A stretch of 59,649 nucleotides of DNA, counting the filler, from Platydemus manokwari (taxonomy: Eukaryota), in the NCBI GenBank assembly GCA_037951405.1. It is 5 parts of 5 records of this genome, joined end to end, with 100 filler letters (N's around TTAATTAATTAA, not from the genome) between each part and the next. Parts side by side here need not be neighbours in the genome. Positions count along the whole stretch, not along the records: positions 10,496 to 23,317 come from JBBMOY011955825.1; positions 23,418 to 34,885 come from JBBMOY010661096.1; 3 more parts are not named here. One strand, 5' to 3'. The position numbers and the translations under genes are program-made. The notes under the pieces were generated by a model, which saw only the letters and a program-made list of their open reading frames with translations, was not told the origin of the DNA and ran no database searches. Positions 13,401-26,500 of this stretch are shown here, piece by piece. Position 1 is the first letter of the stretch. Every line of letters starts with the position of its first letter.

Positions 13401-15565
13401 TGTAACAATTTTTTTTGGAAATATAATTGTCTAAATCAGTCACCGCCAATTCCATCAAATAAAAATTTAAAGATTTCATGATATATCAATGGCTTATTTC
13501 TAAAGACGATTATTCAGTCAAATGAACGAAACTGTAAAATCAATGTTATTATAATTGTAATGAGAGATAAATCATAATTTTTTACAATTTTTATTAAAGA
13601 AATTAACCATAAAATGCATATCTGATATTTTACGTGTTTTCTGTCTATAGTTGGAAATTCGGAACAATTTAATATTTAATGAGAAATATTAGTAAAATAA
13701 TCAAGAATCTCTCAGATCATTTTCTTAAAGATTCGACATCCTTGATTTCATGACATAGCTTTTATGGAAACACTTCAATAAATGTTAAAGGACTTTAAAA
13801 TAGGAATTGTCGGTGAATTGCTTATCAATTACCAAATGAATAACTTTATAGTATCAATTTCGTATGGCAGTGGAGTATAATTTAAATAACAAATTCAAAT
13901 ATTCGAGTATCAGGTCATGTATTTTAATAATATATTCAAATTATATAAGGTCTGTTATTTAATACAATTTCATATTAAAATAATTCAGAAATATATAGAA
14001 ATTATATAGATATTAAAATCTTAAGAATTATTTGAGCTCCATTTATTTGAATTAAAGAATTTCGTTTGTACACCTGACACCAAAAGGCGTATGTAATTGT
14101 GGACAATTTAGAGTTAGATTGTAAAATAATACTAGAATAAATAATGTGATCTAAATAAATTATAATTAGTACTGCAATAAATACAGGTCAATGATTTCAA
14201 TGATGTTTAAATAAAATCGTAAAATAAAATAATATTATTACAATAAGATAGGCTAGAGTTTGAGCAAATACTTTTGTGAAGTACTTTTGAATTTTCAATT
14301 ATACAGCCAGTGTAAGGTTCTATTATGATAAAATTAAACATTTTTGTTGACCTCTTATGGCAGTGCCTGTAAGAGCCCTTAATTGATTTTATCGGTGGTC
14401 AGGTCTGATGACACTTTAACCACTATTATAGATTTGTTGGAATTTAATATTTTATTTTAAATTATAGGTGAACACTGATCAGTCTAGTATGGTATGAGTA
14501 GTATGTAGTATGATAAATTAAATAATTCAATGTATAAAATTAAATTTCAGATATTCAATTATGATAAAATTTGTTTAAGAAATTGACTAGAAAGAATATA
14601 ATACAGCTCAGAAATTAGTAAAAAGATTTCAAATCAATAATTAAAGCTTGTACACGTTACAATTTTTATGGTTTAACAGCTACCCATGAATTCGAATTGG
14701 CAAATATGTTAATAGATCGTAGATTTTTCTTCTCTTCTTCTTTAATAATTCATGGTTTAAATACTATTTTTCTTGTTGTTTTGATCCTATTTGAATTTAA
14801 TTGTTAATCCAATTTTGAAATTATTAATTCCACGTCAAGTAATTAGATCTGGTTAAATCCGAGTTGGGTCTTTAAATAGTTAGTTCTAAATTGAATAATA
14901 AGATTCAGTAATTATGCTATTTTGAATAGTATATTTCAGGCTGGTTTAATGATCGTTTTATCTTGTTTATACTCGTTATTTTTCTTTGTTATTTCTTTAT
15001 AGACATTATTTATACAATGTTTATCCCTTAATTCCTATTGTTACCATTGTTAGATAATAATCCATGTTTTTTCTATTTCTATATTTATTAGTTTCTATTT
15101 TGGTTTCTGTTTTAATATGATTCTATTTTAGGCAAATTAATGTTTGGAGTGATTCATGCAGTTGTTAATTTTTGCAAAAAATTTAAATATGAAATATATT
15201 CATATTATTTATTATAGGGTTTAACCCATATACATGATTTAAAATTTGTAAGCATTTTTACCAATGAAGGTATTGAAAATTTAAAATTACTAAATATAAA
15301 CTAATATGATTAGAGCATTTTTATAGCTTAAATTTCGAAATCTTTTTGATATACTTATGCTTACAACCATAATTTCGAAGTAATGGATTAAATAAAGTTT
15401 GAATAATTCAAAGATGGTTTATTGAAATATAAAAATTAATTAAATTAAAAAAATAATAATTCTGAATTAAAAGAATATAGAAATAAGCTTAAGTAATGAA
15501 ATTAATTTTAATTTTATTAAATTATGATTTCTTTGGTTTTTGACTGTTGTTTTCTGAGGTTTTAA

Positions 15566-17634
15566 TCATATTCTGTTAAGAATGTCTATAATCTTTATAA
15601 CCAAAGGTAGACCATCACTTCGTAACCATAATTTCAAATTAGTAGCAAAGGAGGGTTTTTCAGGTGGTTGTTGTTGAGTAATATTGTTTACATTGGATTG
15701 TAAAACCTCGGTTTCACTTAGGTTAGAGTATACTTCTTGGGGACCAATATCATTCATATCTAAAGATTCTTTTTCGCTATCAATGAAATCTTTCGAATTA
15801 TCAAGATCTTTCGCTACTTCATCGTGAACAGTGCCTTCGTTTTTATTTTCTATTTCAATTATATTTTTATCTTCTATATTAATATCGGGCTCTTCACTGT
15901 TGATATTATTATCTTGATGATTCTCAACTGGGCAATCACGTGTAATTGTTTGAGATATATTTAATTTTTGATTTTCATCCTCCATCGTTTCATTGTCGAT
16001 TTTATCTTTGTTTTGTTCTGGATTATAGTTACGTTGATCATTTCTATGTAATGATAACGATTTGTTGTCAACGATTTCCGATTCAATTATCGAATTCATA
16101 TTGTCCGAAGGTAACGATTGCAAACTATTGATCGATAAATCCAGATTGGATTGATTTTTCCAGTAATTGTTTCTCAAAGACGACCAAGAATGTTCAGAGC
16201 CTGGAAATGATGACAGTTATTTAGTCGTTTATGTTTTTCAATATCTTACTTGGAATTGAATTTATCGATGAAATTTTCGTCTTCCAATTCGATAGTTGAG
16301 GAAAATTCTGATTGAAGTTCTTTAATTCATGAAGACATTGACTAAATTCTAGACAATCACGAATTTCGGAATTCAGCTCGCTCTTCATTATCATACAAAT
16401 CAAAAAATGAGCACTGCAATTTGATTTGAATACTCCACTAAACAGGCGTGACAACTTGGAATTTCTATAAGGTGGGCGAGCCTGAAATACATGATTATAG
16501 AGTGTTTAATGTATTTTAGAATTATATATATTTTATAACATTAAAAGGAAAATTTATCCTTAGCTATATATAATAATAATTTAATAAATATAATTACCTC
16601 TTTATTGGTGATTGATTTAATTAGAGATTTTAACATTGTTAGAGAAACATTTATCGACTTAGTTTCATTGGTCCATGATTTAGAAAAAGATTTATCGAAT
16701 GAATTTTGATAGCTAGCAAGATCGATAAATGAAAATTTTCGAATTTTAACCCGGTTCATTAATTTTTCCTTGATTTGAATGTTGTATACAACATGACTTC
16801 GATTGCAGGTATATTTTCCATTGACCGTCAATTTATGCATTCGCAATTTGGCTTTTTTCATTAGCTTAAACAAATCAACTTTGGTTTTGATATTGATTTC
16901 AGTCAAATTCTTCACATACACAGAACCGTCTTTGGCATCGAAGAAATTCAAGTTCGAAGTGCCACCTGAATGAAAATTTATTTATTAAGTTATTAAAGAT
17001 TCATTAAATTAATTTATGGTATGATTAATATTTAGTTGTTGAGAAGAATCAATTAATTACCTGTCATTAGATCTATTATTTTCTCGTTGTATATTTCGAA
17101 GCACGATGCCTGCACAATCATTAAACATACCAGCACAAAATAAATATAAAATCAAACCATTATTTCATAATTAAAACTCTTGATTTTGTTCTGATTCAGA
17201 AAATATTGAACCACTGTGGGTAAAATGCCGATTTCGTTTCCCGATTCTAAGTTGCCCTATTTTTGATAATCAATAAAATTGAATATTTACAAAGCATTTC
17301 TTTTACCTTTATCGAATATGATTTACCACTTTTAGATTGACCATATGTGATGAAAGCTGTGTTTAAATTCCCATTATCATTACAATTCATCAAATTCTCA
17401 TAGATTTGGCTTGTTAGCTGTTTCTGAACATCGTTGCCATTGAAAATGTAATCAAATGAGAATAATTCGTTCTAAAATAAAGAAAAAAAACAATTAACAA
17501 GGAAAACAAAACCAAGATTAACAAACATCTTTCAAAGCAGAGTAAATCGGATCCGAAAGTACCAAACCGGGATTATTTAAAATTTCTTCTGAATTGATTC
17601 GACAGTACAATTTAACATTCTTAGCGTAATTCAT
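15566..17634 (-). CDS. Divergent kinesin-1-like protein A with degenerate switch motifs; exons 17634-17527, 17471-17307, 17256-17158, 17109-17061, 16965-16598, 16481-16250, 16200-15566 (551 aa)
   Basis: NVKLYCRI, FSFDYIF, P-loop YGQSKSGKS, GILP, FEIYNEKIIDL, VYVKNLTE, NRSH, FSFIDLASYQ, INVSL and PPYRNSKLSRL occur in kinesin order. All introns are GT-AG and frame-consistent. The tail is N/E-rich and low in complexity. Confidence 0.9.
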
Positions 17635-18259
17635 TTTGAAGATAAGTGATAATGATTAAAATTAAGATCATGCAGTTATTTATGTTCACTAATTGCACAA
17701 TATTGTCCTTATTTATTTTCCTTAAAATTTAATTTTATAAGTTTTTTGAATATTTCTTCATATCGACAATACAAACAGCAATTATATATATATATACGAG
17801 AGATTTGTATTCTATAATTAAAATTAAACGCTGCGGTGAGACCGTACACTAATTTTGTTAAAATTCAGCATATAAATGTAAAGAAGTGAATACTAGATAC
17901 TTAAAATAGTGTAGGAAGCACAGGGTTACTTGAAGTTGGAACATCATAAATTACTTTATTACTTTTCGCACAATTTAATTTGGTGGTAGTTCGTGTCAGT
18001 CAGGTATGCGATTGTTATATTTGTAGTGTGTCAGGCAGATATAACAGTTACAATTGTAATAGTTTTGAAAATCAATATTAGAAATGTGTTTCGATAATTT
18101 GTCGCTTTATTAGTGATTTTATGAAGGCCAATAATTTCAGTTATTGAAATTACAAATCAATTTGGTAATTCTAATTTTAAATAGTCTATGAATATAAATA
18201 ATAATTATTATAATTCATTTTATTATTATGTTCAATATCATGTTATGAAATATTTTATA

Positions 18260-18261
<2 letters not shown>

Positions 18262-18299
<38 letters not shown>
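18262..18299. repeat. (TTA)n microsatellite between the two kinesin genes
   Basis: Direct reading. Confidence 0.9.
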
Positions 18300-18412
18300 T
18301 CTGCAAATATTATTATTCAATAAATAATCTATTCTTCCGTGTTTAATATTTCCTTATTTAATTTTATAATATAAGACCTTATTTTATTAAACCCATCTTT
18401 TATAATCCAATC

Positions 18413-20874
18413 ATGTCTGCTAGATTTAATGTTTTATGTCGCATTGCAGCTAATATCACTGAAAATAAATATTGCAACCAAAGAGAAGTAATAAGTAAGA
18501 CAACGGAAAATAAAATCATTTTTGAAGGACATAAGGTACATTGTTCAATTAGATGGATTTATTCTTATATCATATTTCATTTAGATCAAAGATTATCAAT
18601 TCGATCATGTTTTCGATTCTACATCATCACAGACCGATGTTTTCAAATATCTGGAAGGAAACATTATCACTGATCTATTCAATGGAAGAGATTGCAGTGT
18701 CATTGCATACGGTCAAGTCAAAAGTGGTAAATCATTCACCATACATGTTAGATGATTTCATTTTATCGTTTATAATTTTATAAATATTTCTTTCTCAGGG
18801 TGATGTAAAACGACATGAAAATCGTGGATTGGTTCCCCGATTCATCGAGTCGATTTTCGAGAAAAAGTTTCAATTGGGAGTACAGATCGTTGTCACGGTA
18901 ACGATTATACATTATTTCATTGATTTTTACATTTATAATTACAGATTTCGGCTTTAGAAATTCACGGTGAAAAAATTATCGATTTGTTTAATGGTAAAAT
19001 AGAAATTATTTGATTTTGATTTCATTTTAATTCCCTTTTATCAATTTTAGAAAATAATAAAATCAGAATATTTGAAGATGAAAACAAGCACAATCACATT
19101 GAAGTAGTAGTTTTATAATCAATTGATTTCTATCTCATTTAATTGTTGATATTTTCAGAATCTATCAGAAAAAGATATTGGTAATAGTTTTGAAGCAGCT
19201 AAACTATTAAAGAAATGTTATAAAATAATGCATTCAACACGAACACGTAAGATTTGTAATAATGTTTTGATTAAATATTTTATATCATGGGTTTAGATGT
19301 CAACAAGTTTTTTAGTAAAAGTCATACGCTATTCATTGTTAAAATAACTCAATCTCATCCCGATAAACTCGGTCAACTGACGAGTTCTCTATTATTGGTA
19401 GATCTTGCTGCAAATGATCATCTTTCGAAAAGCAAATTTTCAATTTGTTCGGTTTCTGAAAATAAAGATATCCGAAAATCATTATGTAGTCTCGAGAATG
19501 TGATGCATGCTCTAGCAATGAAACAAGTGAGTATTTTCATTAGAAATGTTGATAAGAATTTCTCAATTGATATTTATAGAATCATATTCCTTATCGAGAA
19601 AGTAATCTGACGAGATGTCTTCAAAACGGTCTTCAGAATGATTCGACAACGAATTTTATAATTTGTTTGTCTCCTTTGTTAATCAACAGCAATGAATCGA
19701 AAACATCTTTATCGTTCAGTGAAAAGATTCGTGGAATTAAGCAAGAAACTCCAAAACAAGGACTGTGTTGCATTCCATGGGTATCTCCAAGAAAGAAAGG
19801 TCAATGTGAAAAGATTGATAAGCATTCATTAGGAATTCAAACAAATATTGTATTACCAGAGGTTTTAATAGATTATACATATGAGAATGAAGACAATAAA
19901 GGTTTAATTTTAAAATTTGAAATGAGAAATGTTAATAAATCTTTTCAGGTATTTTCGAAAGCCCTATTATAATAGTAGAGAAGACCATTAGCACTACAGA
20001 TAAATCAACGCAAATAAATATCAATTATCACAAAAATAAAAACTGGAAGATAAAATACGATGCTTTGAAGGTACCGGTTTTGAAATTGTTTTACAATTGA
20101 TTATTTCATTTATAGATTCAAAAATCGAAAATCAAAAAATTATTCCAAAAATTGAACAGCGACAATGCACATCAAGCAAACATCATTGATCATAATAACG
20201 AATTGATTGATGCATACAACGATCGAATTTACTTCCTGAATTCCGAATTGGAATATCGTTCGAAATTCCAACTTCAAGTTCAAGAATTTGAAATTACGGC
20301 TTTACAGTTTCGCAATTCGAGAAACTTCGGCGAATTGATGGAAAAAATTATTTCGATTGGAGAAGAAGTGGATAAAGAAATAACAGTAAGTTTATCAGTA
20401 AAGTATTTTTATTTAATTATCCGTTCCTATTGTAGAAACCGACGAATCTTGGATTGTCCGTTAGTTGTGAGGAAAATTGTACGAATATATTGAACTACAT
20501 GGATAAAGTGATATCTAAAATACAGTATTGGAAAATTTTAAATGACAAATTCATCGAAACAATAATTACCGACGAAGAAGCTCAATATTTGTTGGATTTG
20601 AAGATGGAAATTAACAATTATCGTAGATTGTATTCAGAAAACTTTATCATCAATTGTAAAAATAAGGAACAAATCGACTATTTCCAGAAGGAAAACGATT
20701 ATTTAAAATTGTTATTTCATATTATTTGATAGAAATTGTTTTTTAATATTTTTATTTGTATTCAGGAAGATCGAGAGAATAAATCAGCACAACGATCAAG
20801 TTAAAGAAAGAATAAAAGATGCTTTGGTGTTGAATTGTGAGATCAATCCGGTTGTATCGACAAATGGTGAATAA
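18413..20874 (+). CDS. Divergent kinesin-1 (KHC)-like protein B; exons 18413-18535, 18585-18746, 18799-18897, 18945-18993, 19051-19103, 19159-19246, 19297-19526, 19580-19901, 19949-20070, 20116-20385, 20436-20710, 20766-20874 (about 633 aa)
   Basis: FNVLCRI, YQFDHVF, AYGQVKSGKSFT, GLVPR, LEIHGEKIIDL, FSKSH, LLLVDLAAND, HIPYRESNLTRCLQ, neck-like WKIKY and a coiled-coil tail. Eleven frame-consistent GT-AG introns; the last is least certain (alternative stop at 20729). Confidence 0.9.
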
Positions 20875-22989
20875 AATGATCGACATCGAATCCAATAGAA
20901 TGGACTGAATATGAATATTTTCTAACGGAATTTCATTTCAAAAATTATTTTTAAAATTTTCTTAAATTGTTTTACAAATATATTTTAATGAATCAGCTAG
21001 AGGCTTGAAATTGAAAATAATTCAAGCATAATTATTTAAATAAATGTTTTAAATTGATTTCATTGATTTGCACATCTCGGTGATTACAGTTTATATTTTA
21101 AAAATGATTCGTCCGGCAAATATTTTTGTAATAATTGTTTTATTATAAATTATTATTCAGAGTTATTATTATCGATCAATAGCAAATAATTTTCGTGATG
21201 GATTCTCTATTAAAGTTCATTTTGGTATCGGTATATTTTTGTAAACCCATCATTTATGTGTCAGCAGAATACACACATTTTTATAAATGTCGGTATGCAA
21301 GCCATTGTTGACCGCTTGTAAATCATTTAATTTCATTGAATAAATCAGTCTTAGAAACAATAGTTTTATTCTATTTTTAATTTAATTTTTAGACATATGG
21401 GGTGGCTTCTACTTATCGTTATGATCTTGGCTAGACTTATCACCAAGTCACAAAGTAAATTTTTAGTAAAATTTTAGAAAAAAGACACGAATGCACTTTG
21501 TTCGTTGGAAATTTATGCCCAAATTTTATAGTGAATGAAAAAAATGTGATAAGTTAATTTTTTAGATTATCAGAGACTTTCACGAAGGTTATATTTTTCA
21601 TGGAAATTTTCGAAATTATGAGTTTCAACTTTTATCTGCCATTTTTCTTGTCAAATGGATATTTTATATGAAACTTAAAGAATATAAGGTATGGGAAAGT
21701 CCAGTTTGCATCAACTTCTGGTCGAAGTTAAAGTCCTTCTCGTCCTGCATTAGATCACTGGTTAAGGACATGAAGCAAACAACTACCAAATAAATCATTC
21801 ATTCTCGAAATTGTCGCCATGCAAAATGGAATGTTGAATTACCCTTGTATTTTATTTGGTTAATGTCTTGTTGAAAAAATCGATATTTTTATTTGTTTGT
21901 GGCATTTATTATATCTATAAATTACTAGTCGACAATTAATCCATAAATGATCCAATCTTCTATTATTATAAATATCTTATTGACAAAATAAAGACTTGCA
22001 AATTTTGACTGACTCGTTCGGGAAGGAAATGAAAATGTGATAATATAAAGTCTAATAATAACTTCCAAAACTGAAACACATTGCACGATTATATTGACTT
22101 TCATTTACTTTTAATTGGCTAACGATAATATCGTCATTTAATGAAATTCTGTTGTTTAATTACATCAATAATGGATGCTGCCAATCATAGTGATTTCAAT
22201 TTCATGAGTTAATGGCAATTGAAAACTTGTTTAAGATTCGATTTTAATTTATTTCTTATAGAATACAAGCGATAGTTACTCCTTCTCTGGTAATTTTAAA
22301 ATAATAAAGGTGTCAATCATAGAAAATCGATTAAATTTTTTATTCTTATTGAATTTATTCTTATTAAACAACACGATAATGTATTATTGTTTTATTGTTG
22401 TAATTTTATCGGCTAGATAAACAGATTTGTTTAAAATGCTTTTGTCTCTTAATGTAGCCAATAAAATTTTATAGATAAATCTACAAATTGTTTTTCCTTG
22501 GGGATTAATAATCTATCTCAGATTTTAATAAAATTCAGGAAATTTGAATCCAAGCTTTATATATTATTGATTTTTGGGCATTGTTTTGATATTTTATTGA
22601 CTTATTTGTTATATAGTTTTTTCGTGTTCCTTATACTTAAATTCAGATAAATATTTAATGGCAAAAGATAACAACTTTAACTTTGTAAAAACAATTCTGA
22701 AAGTCATCTTATTGATTAACGATGAAAATTTTATAAAATAACATAAATATTTATCCAAAACCAGACCCAGAAATTTTTTCAGTTTTGGTCTGAGTTTTGA
22801 GTTCCTTGTTAAGTGGTCAAAATATTAAAAAACATAAATGAACTACCTTTTGCTGAAAATTAGTCCTATTTCAGTCCTCTGTAATCCTAATCAATATCTC
22901 TGTTCCGATATATATATACACGAAGATATCTCCGAGCTTTAGAAAAAATAACTTCAACGATGATAGTGGTGTTTTTTGGTGAGGAAAAT

Positions 22990-23047
22990 GTCCTATTTCG
23001 GCCTTTCATGGCCCTCATCAGTCCATTGGACCAGAGACAAATAGGAC
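22990..23047 (-). ncRNA. Hammerhead ribozyme-like motif (core intact, stem I imperfect)
   Basis: Minus strand reads GUCCUAU-U-UGUCUCUGGUCCAAUGGA-CUGAUGA-G-GGCC-AUGAAA-GGCC-GAAAUAGGAC: both core boxes, a 4-bp stem II and a 7-bp stem III. A degenerate copy is offset by 127 nt. Confidence 0.55.
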
Positions 23048-23317
23048 TAAAATAAATCTAGAAAATAGCTATCCATTTATATACTAATTTAGAGATTAAT
23101 TCATCAACAAATCCAAAACCCAGAGTTACTACACATACAAATCCACGCAAACCCCGATAGAATTTTAAAACGCTGACAGACAATAAATTGAACTTGACGA
23201 AATTCAATTCATAATGGATTACAAATTAAGCTACGAACATTGTGAGATATTTGATATTAAATGAATTTCAATTTAACTCGAAACAATTTTAATTTACAAT
23301 TATTCAAATTTTATTCA

Positions 23318-23417
23318 NNNNNNNNNNNNNNNNNNNNNNNNNNNNNNNNNNNNNNNNNNNNTTAATTAATTAANNNNNNNNNNNNNNNNNNNNNNNNNNN
23401 NNNNNNNNNNNNNNNNN
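23318..23417. other. Artificial contig linker
   Basis: 44 N + TTAATTAATTAA + 44 N. Confidence 0.97.

Positions 23418-23508
<91 letters not shown>
23418..23508. repeat. Compound (TA)n(GA)n microsatellite at a contig start
   Basis: Direct reading. Confidence 0.95.
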
Positions 23509-23509
<1 letters not shown>

Positions 23510-26500
23510 TTTTTAGTAATGTGGGTTATTGTGTCCCTTTTCATTGTCGAATTTTTGAAAGAAAGATTTATTTTAATGAATTTTATTTTAGTCGCTCCAT
23601 CTTTTTATAGATTTTTTATCAGAGGAATTTTACCAAATAATTTATAGAATTATTAAATAATAATGATAATAATAATTATTATTATTTCTTTTTTATGACA
23701 AAAATAAAAGTATTAACACATACGGATAATAAAGTGTAAAAAGATATTACATAACTTCAGAAAAATAATATTTTTTTAATAAAAAATAGAGTATAATCTC
23801 AAGATGTATAATACATTGAATTGTTATTTATAATTGCCTTTTGTTATTTCTGATATTGTCAATTTTAATCAGCTTTGTATTACAAAAAACTCATAGGTCC
23901 GTGACAGTCCCATCTCTGACACCTACAAAAGAAAAGACGAGTTGAGGCGTTGACATAATAGTTTCACAAGTGAAAGGGCAGTACAATGTGAAGAAAAGTT
24001 ACAAAAGCGTTAAAACAAAAAATTAAATTACTATATTTTATTTAAGTAACTATTTATGAAAAACCATAAAATCACAACAAACCTTATTGATTGAGTAATA
24101 TTGTTGGGTACAAAAATATTATAAAATAATAACAAAATAATTACATTTAAAAATTTTCAAATTTTTCTAAATGATCCAGGCCCTCCTATAAATAGCAACA
24201 ACAAAATAAATATAAATATAATTAATAAATCCTAAAAATAGAAAAAATAAATCATCAAATATAAAAATAGAACAATAAAATAGGAGTTTCTAAAAATAAG
24301 TTATAAAAAATACCAAAATAAATAAAAAAATAAATGATAGGATAAAACGGATGAAGAAAGTTTGTATACAAAGAATATGTGAATCATGAAAAACGCCCAT
24401 AATTACATCATTAAGCTCATCATTAGTTTTAGCACACTATTGTTTGATCATTCCAAAAATTTAGTTGATTCAAAAAATCAGCCTATTATTTATGTTGGGT
24501 ACACCCCCAGCCTAAAAACATTTTTTTGCACAACATTTTGTACAAATATATACCGAAGAAAAACATTCATAACTAAGTATATAACCCTATCAAATAACTG
24601 CAAATCATCAAGTAAAAAACCTTGATTATGGATTAGTGGATAAAGGAATCGTACCTGAGGATGCCAGATACCCAGTACAGAAGTCGATGCAGTGAACATC
24701 AAACAATCAGCCCTCAGCTCTCCAGTTATGGCATAAACCATTATCTGATAATTGTGTATTCGTCTTGAATGTTAACAATTAACTTTTGCTTCTTATTATT
24801 ATGTATGCTTTAAAAACAATTGTTTTATTTGTGTATTAGGACTGAGCAAGTAGCAGAGTGGGGCATGTGGTCCGACAAAATAACAAAATAAAATATATTA
24901 ATAATTATAGAGTAAGCGCATAAATAAATAGAGCGGAATAAATTAGGCTATCAGAATAAATAAATAAATAACAAAAACAGTTAAATTAAATGAAATTAAT
25001 TAATTAATTAAAATAAATAATGAAAAATATATAAACTACGAAAAGTACAAAATGGAAAAGATAAATCAATTAGATTAGATAAAAATGGATTAATTAAAAA
25101 AAATAAGCGTGTAAATATACCAGATGAAAGCAGTAATTGAGAGATAAGCGGGTAGCGATACGAGAACGGACACCTATAAATAAGGACGTTAGTTATGAGC
25201 ACCACATACCATTTTTAATCACAGTTCGGACGAAGCTAAGGAGGTTAACACTATCGCTATTTTGGAAACAAATTAATTAAAGGATATTATCGCACGCAAT
25301 CTTGGTACTCTATCGGAGAAGCATTTTGTAGTTCGTTTATTTTTGTTTGGATCGTGCTCAATTTGATCTTTCCTTTAAGAAGCATTGGCAATTCGTTTAT
25401 TATTGTTGGAGCAACCATCAAATTCAGGAATTCAAATCTAGTAAGAGTTTTTCAATTGTCATTTATCATTTTCTTAAAACGCTTACTCTTTAAAACTAAC
25501 TTATAATTAATCATTAATTTTATGACATTATTTCATTTTGTTGGTAAATAGCATCTCCCATTTTGCATTTTTATAATTAGCTTCGTCCGTTCCACGGATT
25601 TACCTGTTAATCGCTAAGGCGAGGTACTAGACATTGGATACATTTTTGTGTTCTCTTTTTATACTAATTGTTATATTTCTATTTCTTAATTAATAAATAT
25701 TATGACTTGAAATTCGATATTTTGATTTCAGAACTAGTTAGTATTGCACATAATCGACGCGGTCATCATTCTAACATGAAGCGTTAATTTGTGAATTTAT
25801 TTATATTGTCATAAGTTATTGACTAGGTTTTTGAGACTATTATTGCATTGGTATAATATTGATCACTGAACCACTAATTCGTTTATCTTATTATAAGTTT
25901 ATTAATTAGATCCCGGTTTATAACCTTCTGATTATTTTCAGGCTCAGAGCAACTTCAGTTCCTCTGCGCTCAATTATTAATTTTAAACTTGAATCATTTT
26001 CCAGTAATTCAGGTCATCCAACCAGTTACTGAAGCCCCTAGAACCAGTAAAATATAAAATCAACCACCAAAACAACATTCGTTTAATATTCAAATCAGCA
26101 CAATATTGCTTAATCAGCCAACCATTGATTTTTCACACTAACTTTTGGTTTATACACTATAAACACAATTGACAACTTCAAGAAAATTCTACAATCTACA
26201 TGGAACTATTGATTAAGGACTTATTTTGGAATATATAATCACCTTACAACGAGTTGAAAAAACGAGAGTGACAAGAGGTTAAGATTCCCCACTACGCGAG
26301 TAAATAAAACTAACTTATAATTTTTAAAAATTTTATAACGTTCATTAAAGTCACCATTATTATTAACAGTGTCTCTGAGCCCGCCAAACCAGTATCTAAC
26401 TAACTCCTAATTCCATAAAATTAAACCTTGATATCTTTGTAGTTGCAGGACTATTAGGTCCCAGCTACCTTGCATCCTTCCCCACAAGGATTTTATAATA

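Noticed and set aside
13273-13479. Kinase subdomain V-like peptide YLMELAVTDLDNYI
   Set aside because: No HRD, DFG or APE motifs found nearby; at most a decayed relic.
21060-21850. Exon/intron-like decayed sequence downstream of kinesin B
   Set aside because: Stops in the frames examined; no identifiable product.
23362-23544. ORF with SLSL/IYIY repeats
   Set aside because: Translation of a microsatellite plus N linker.
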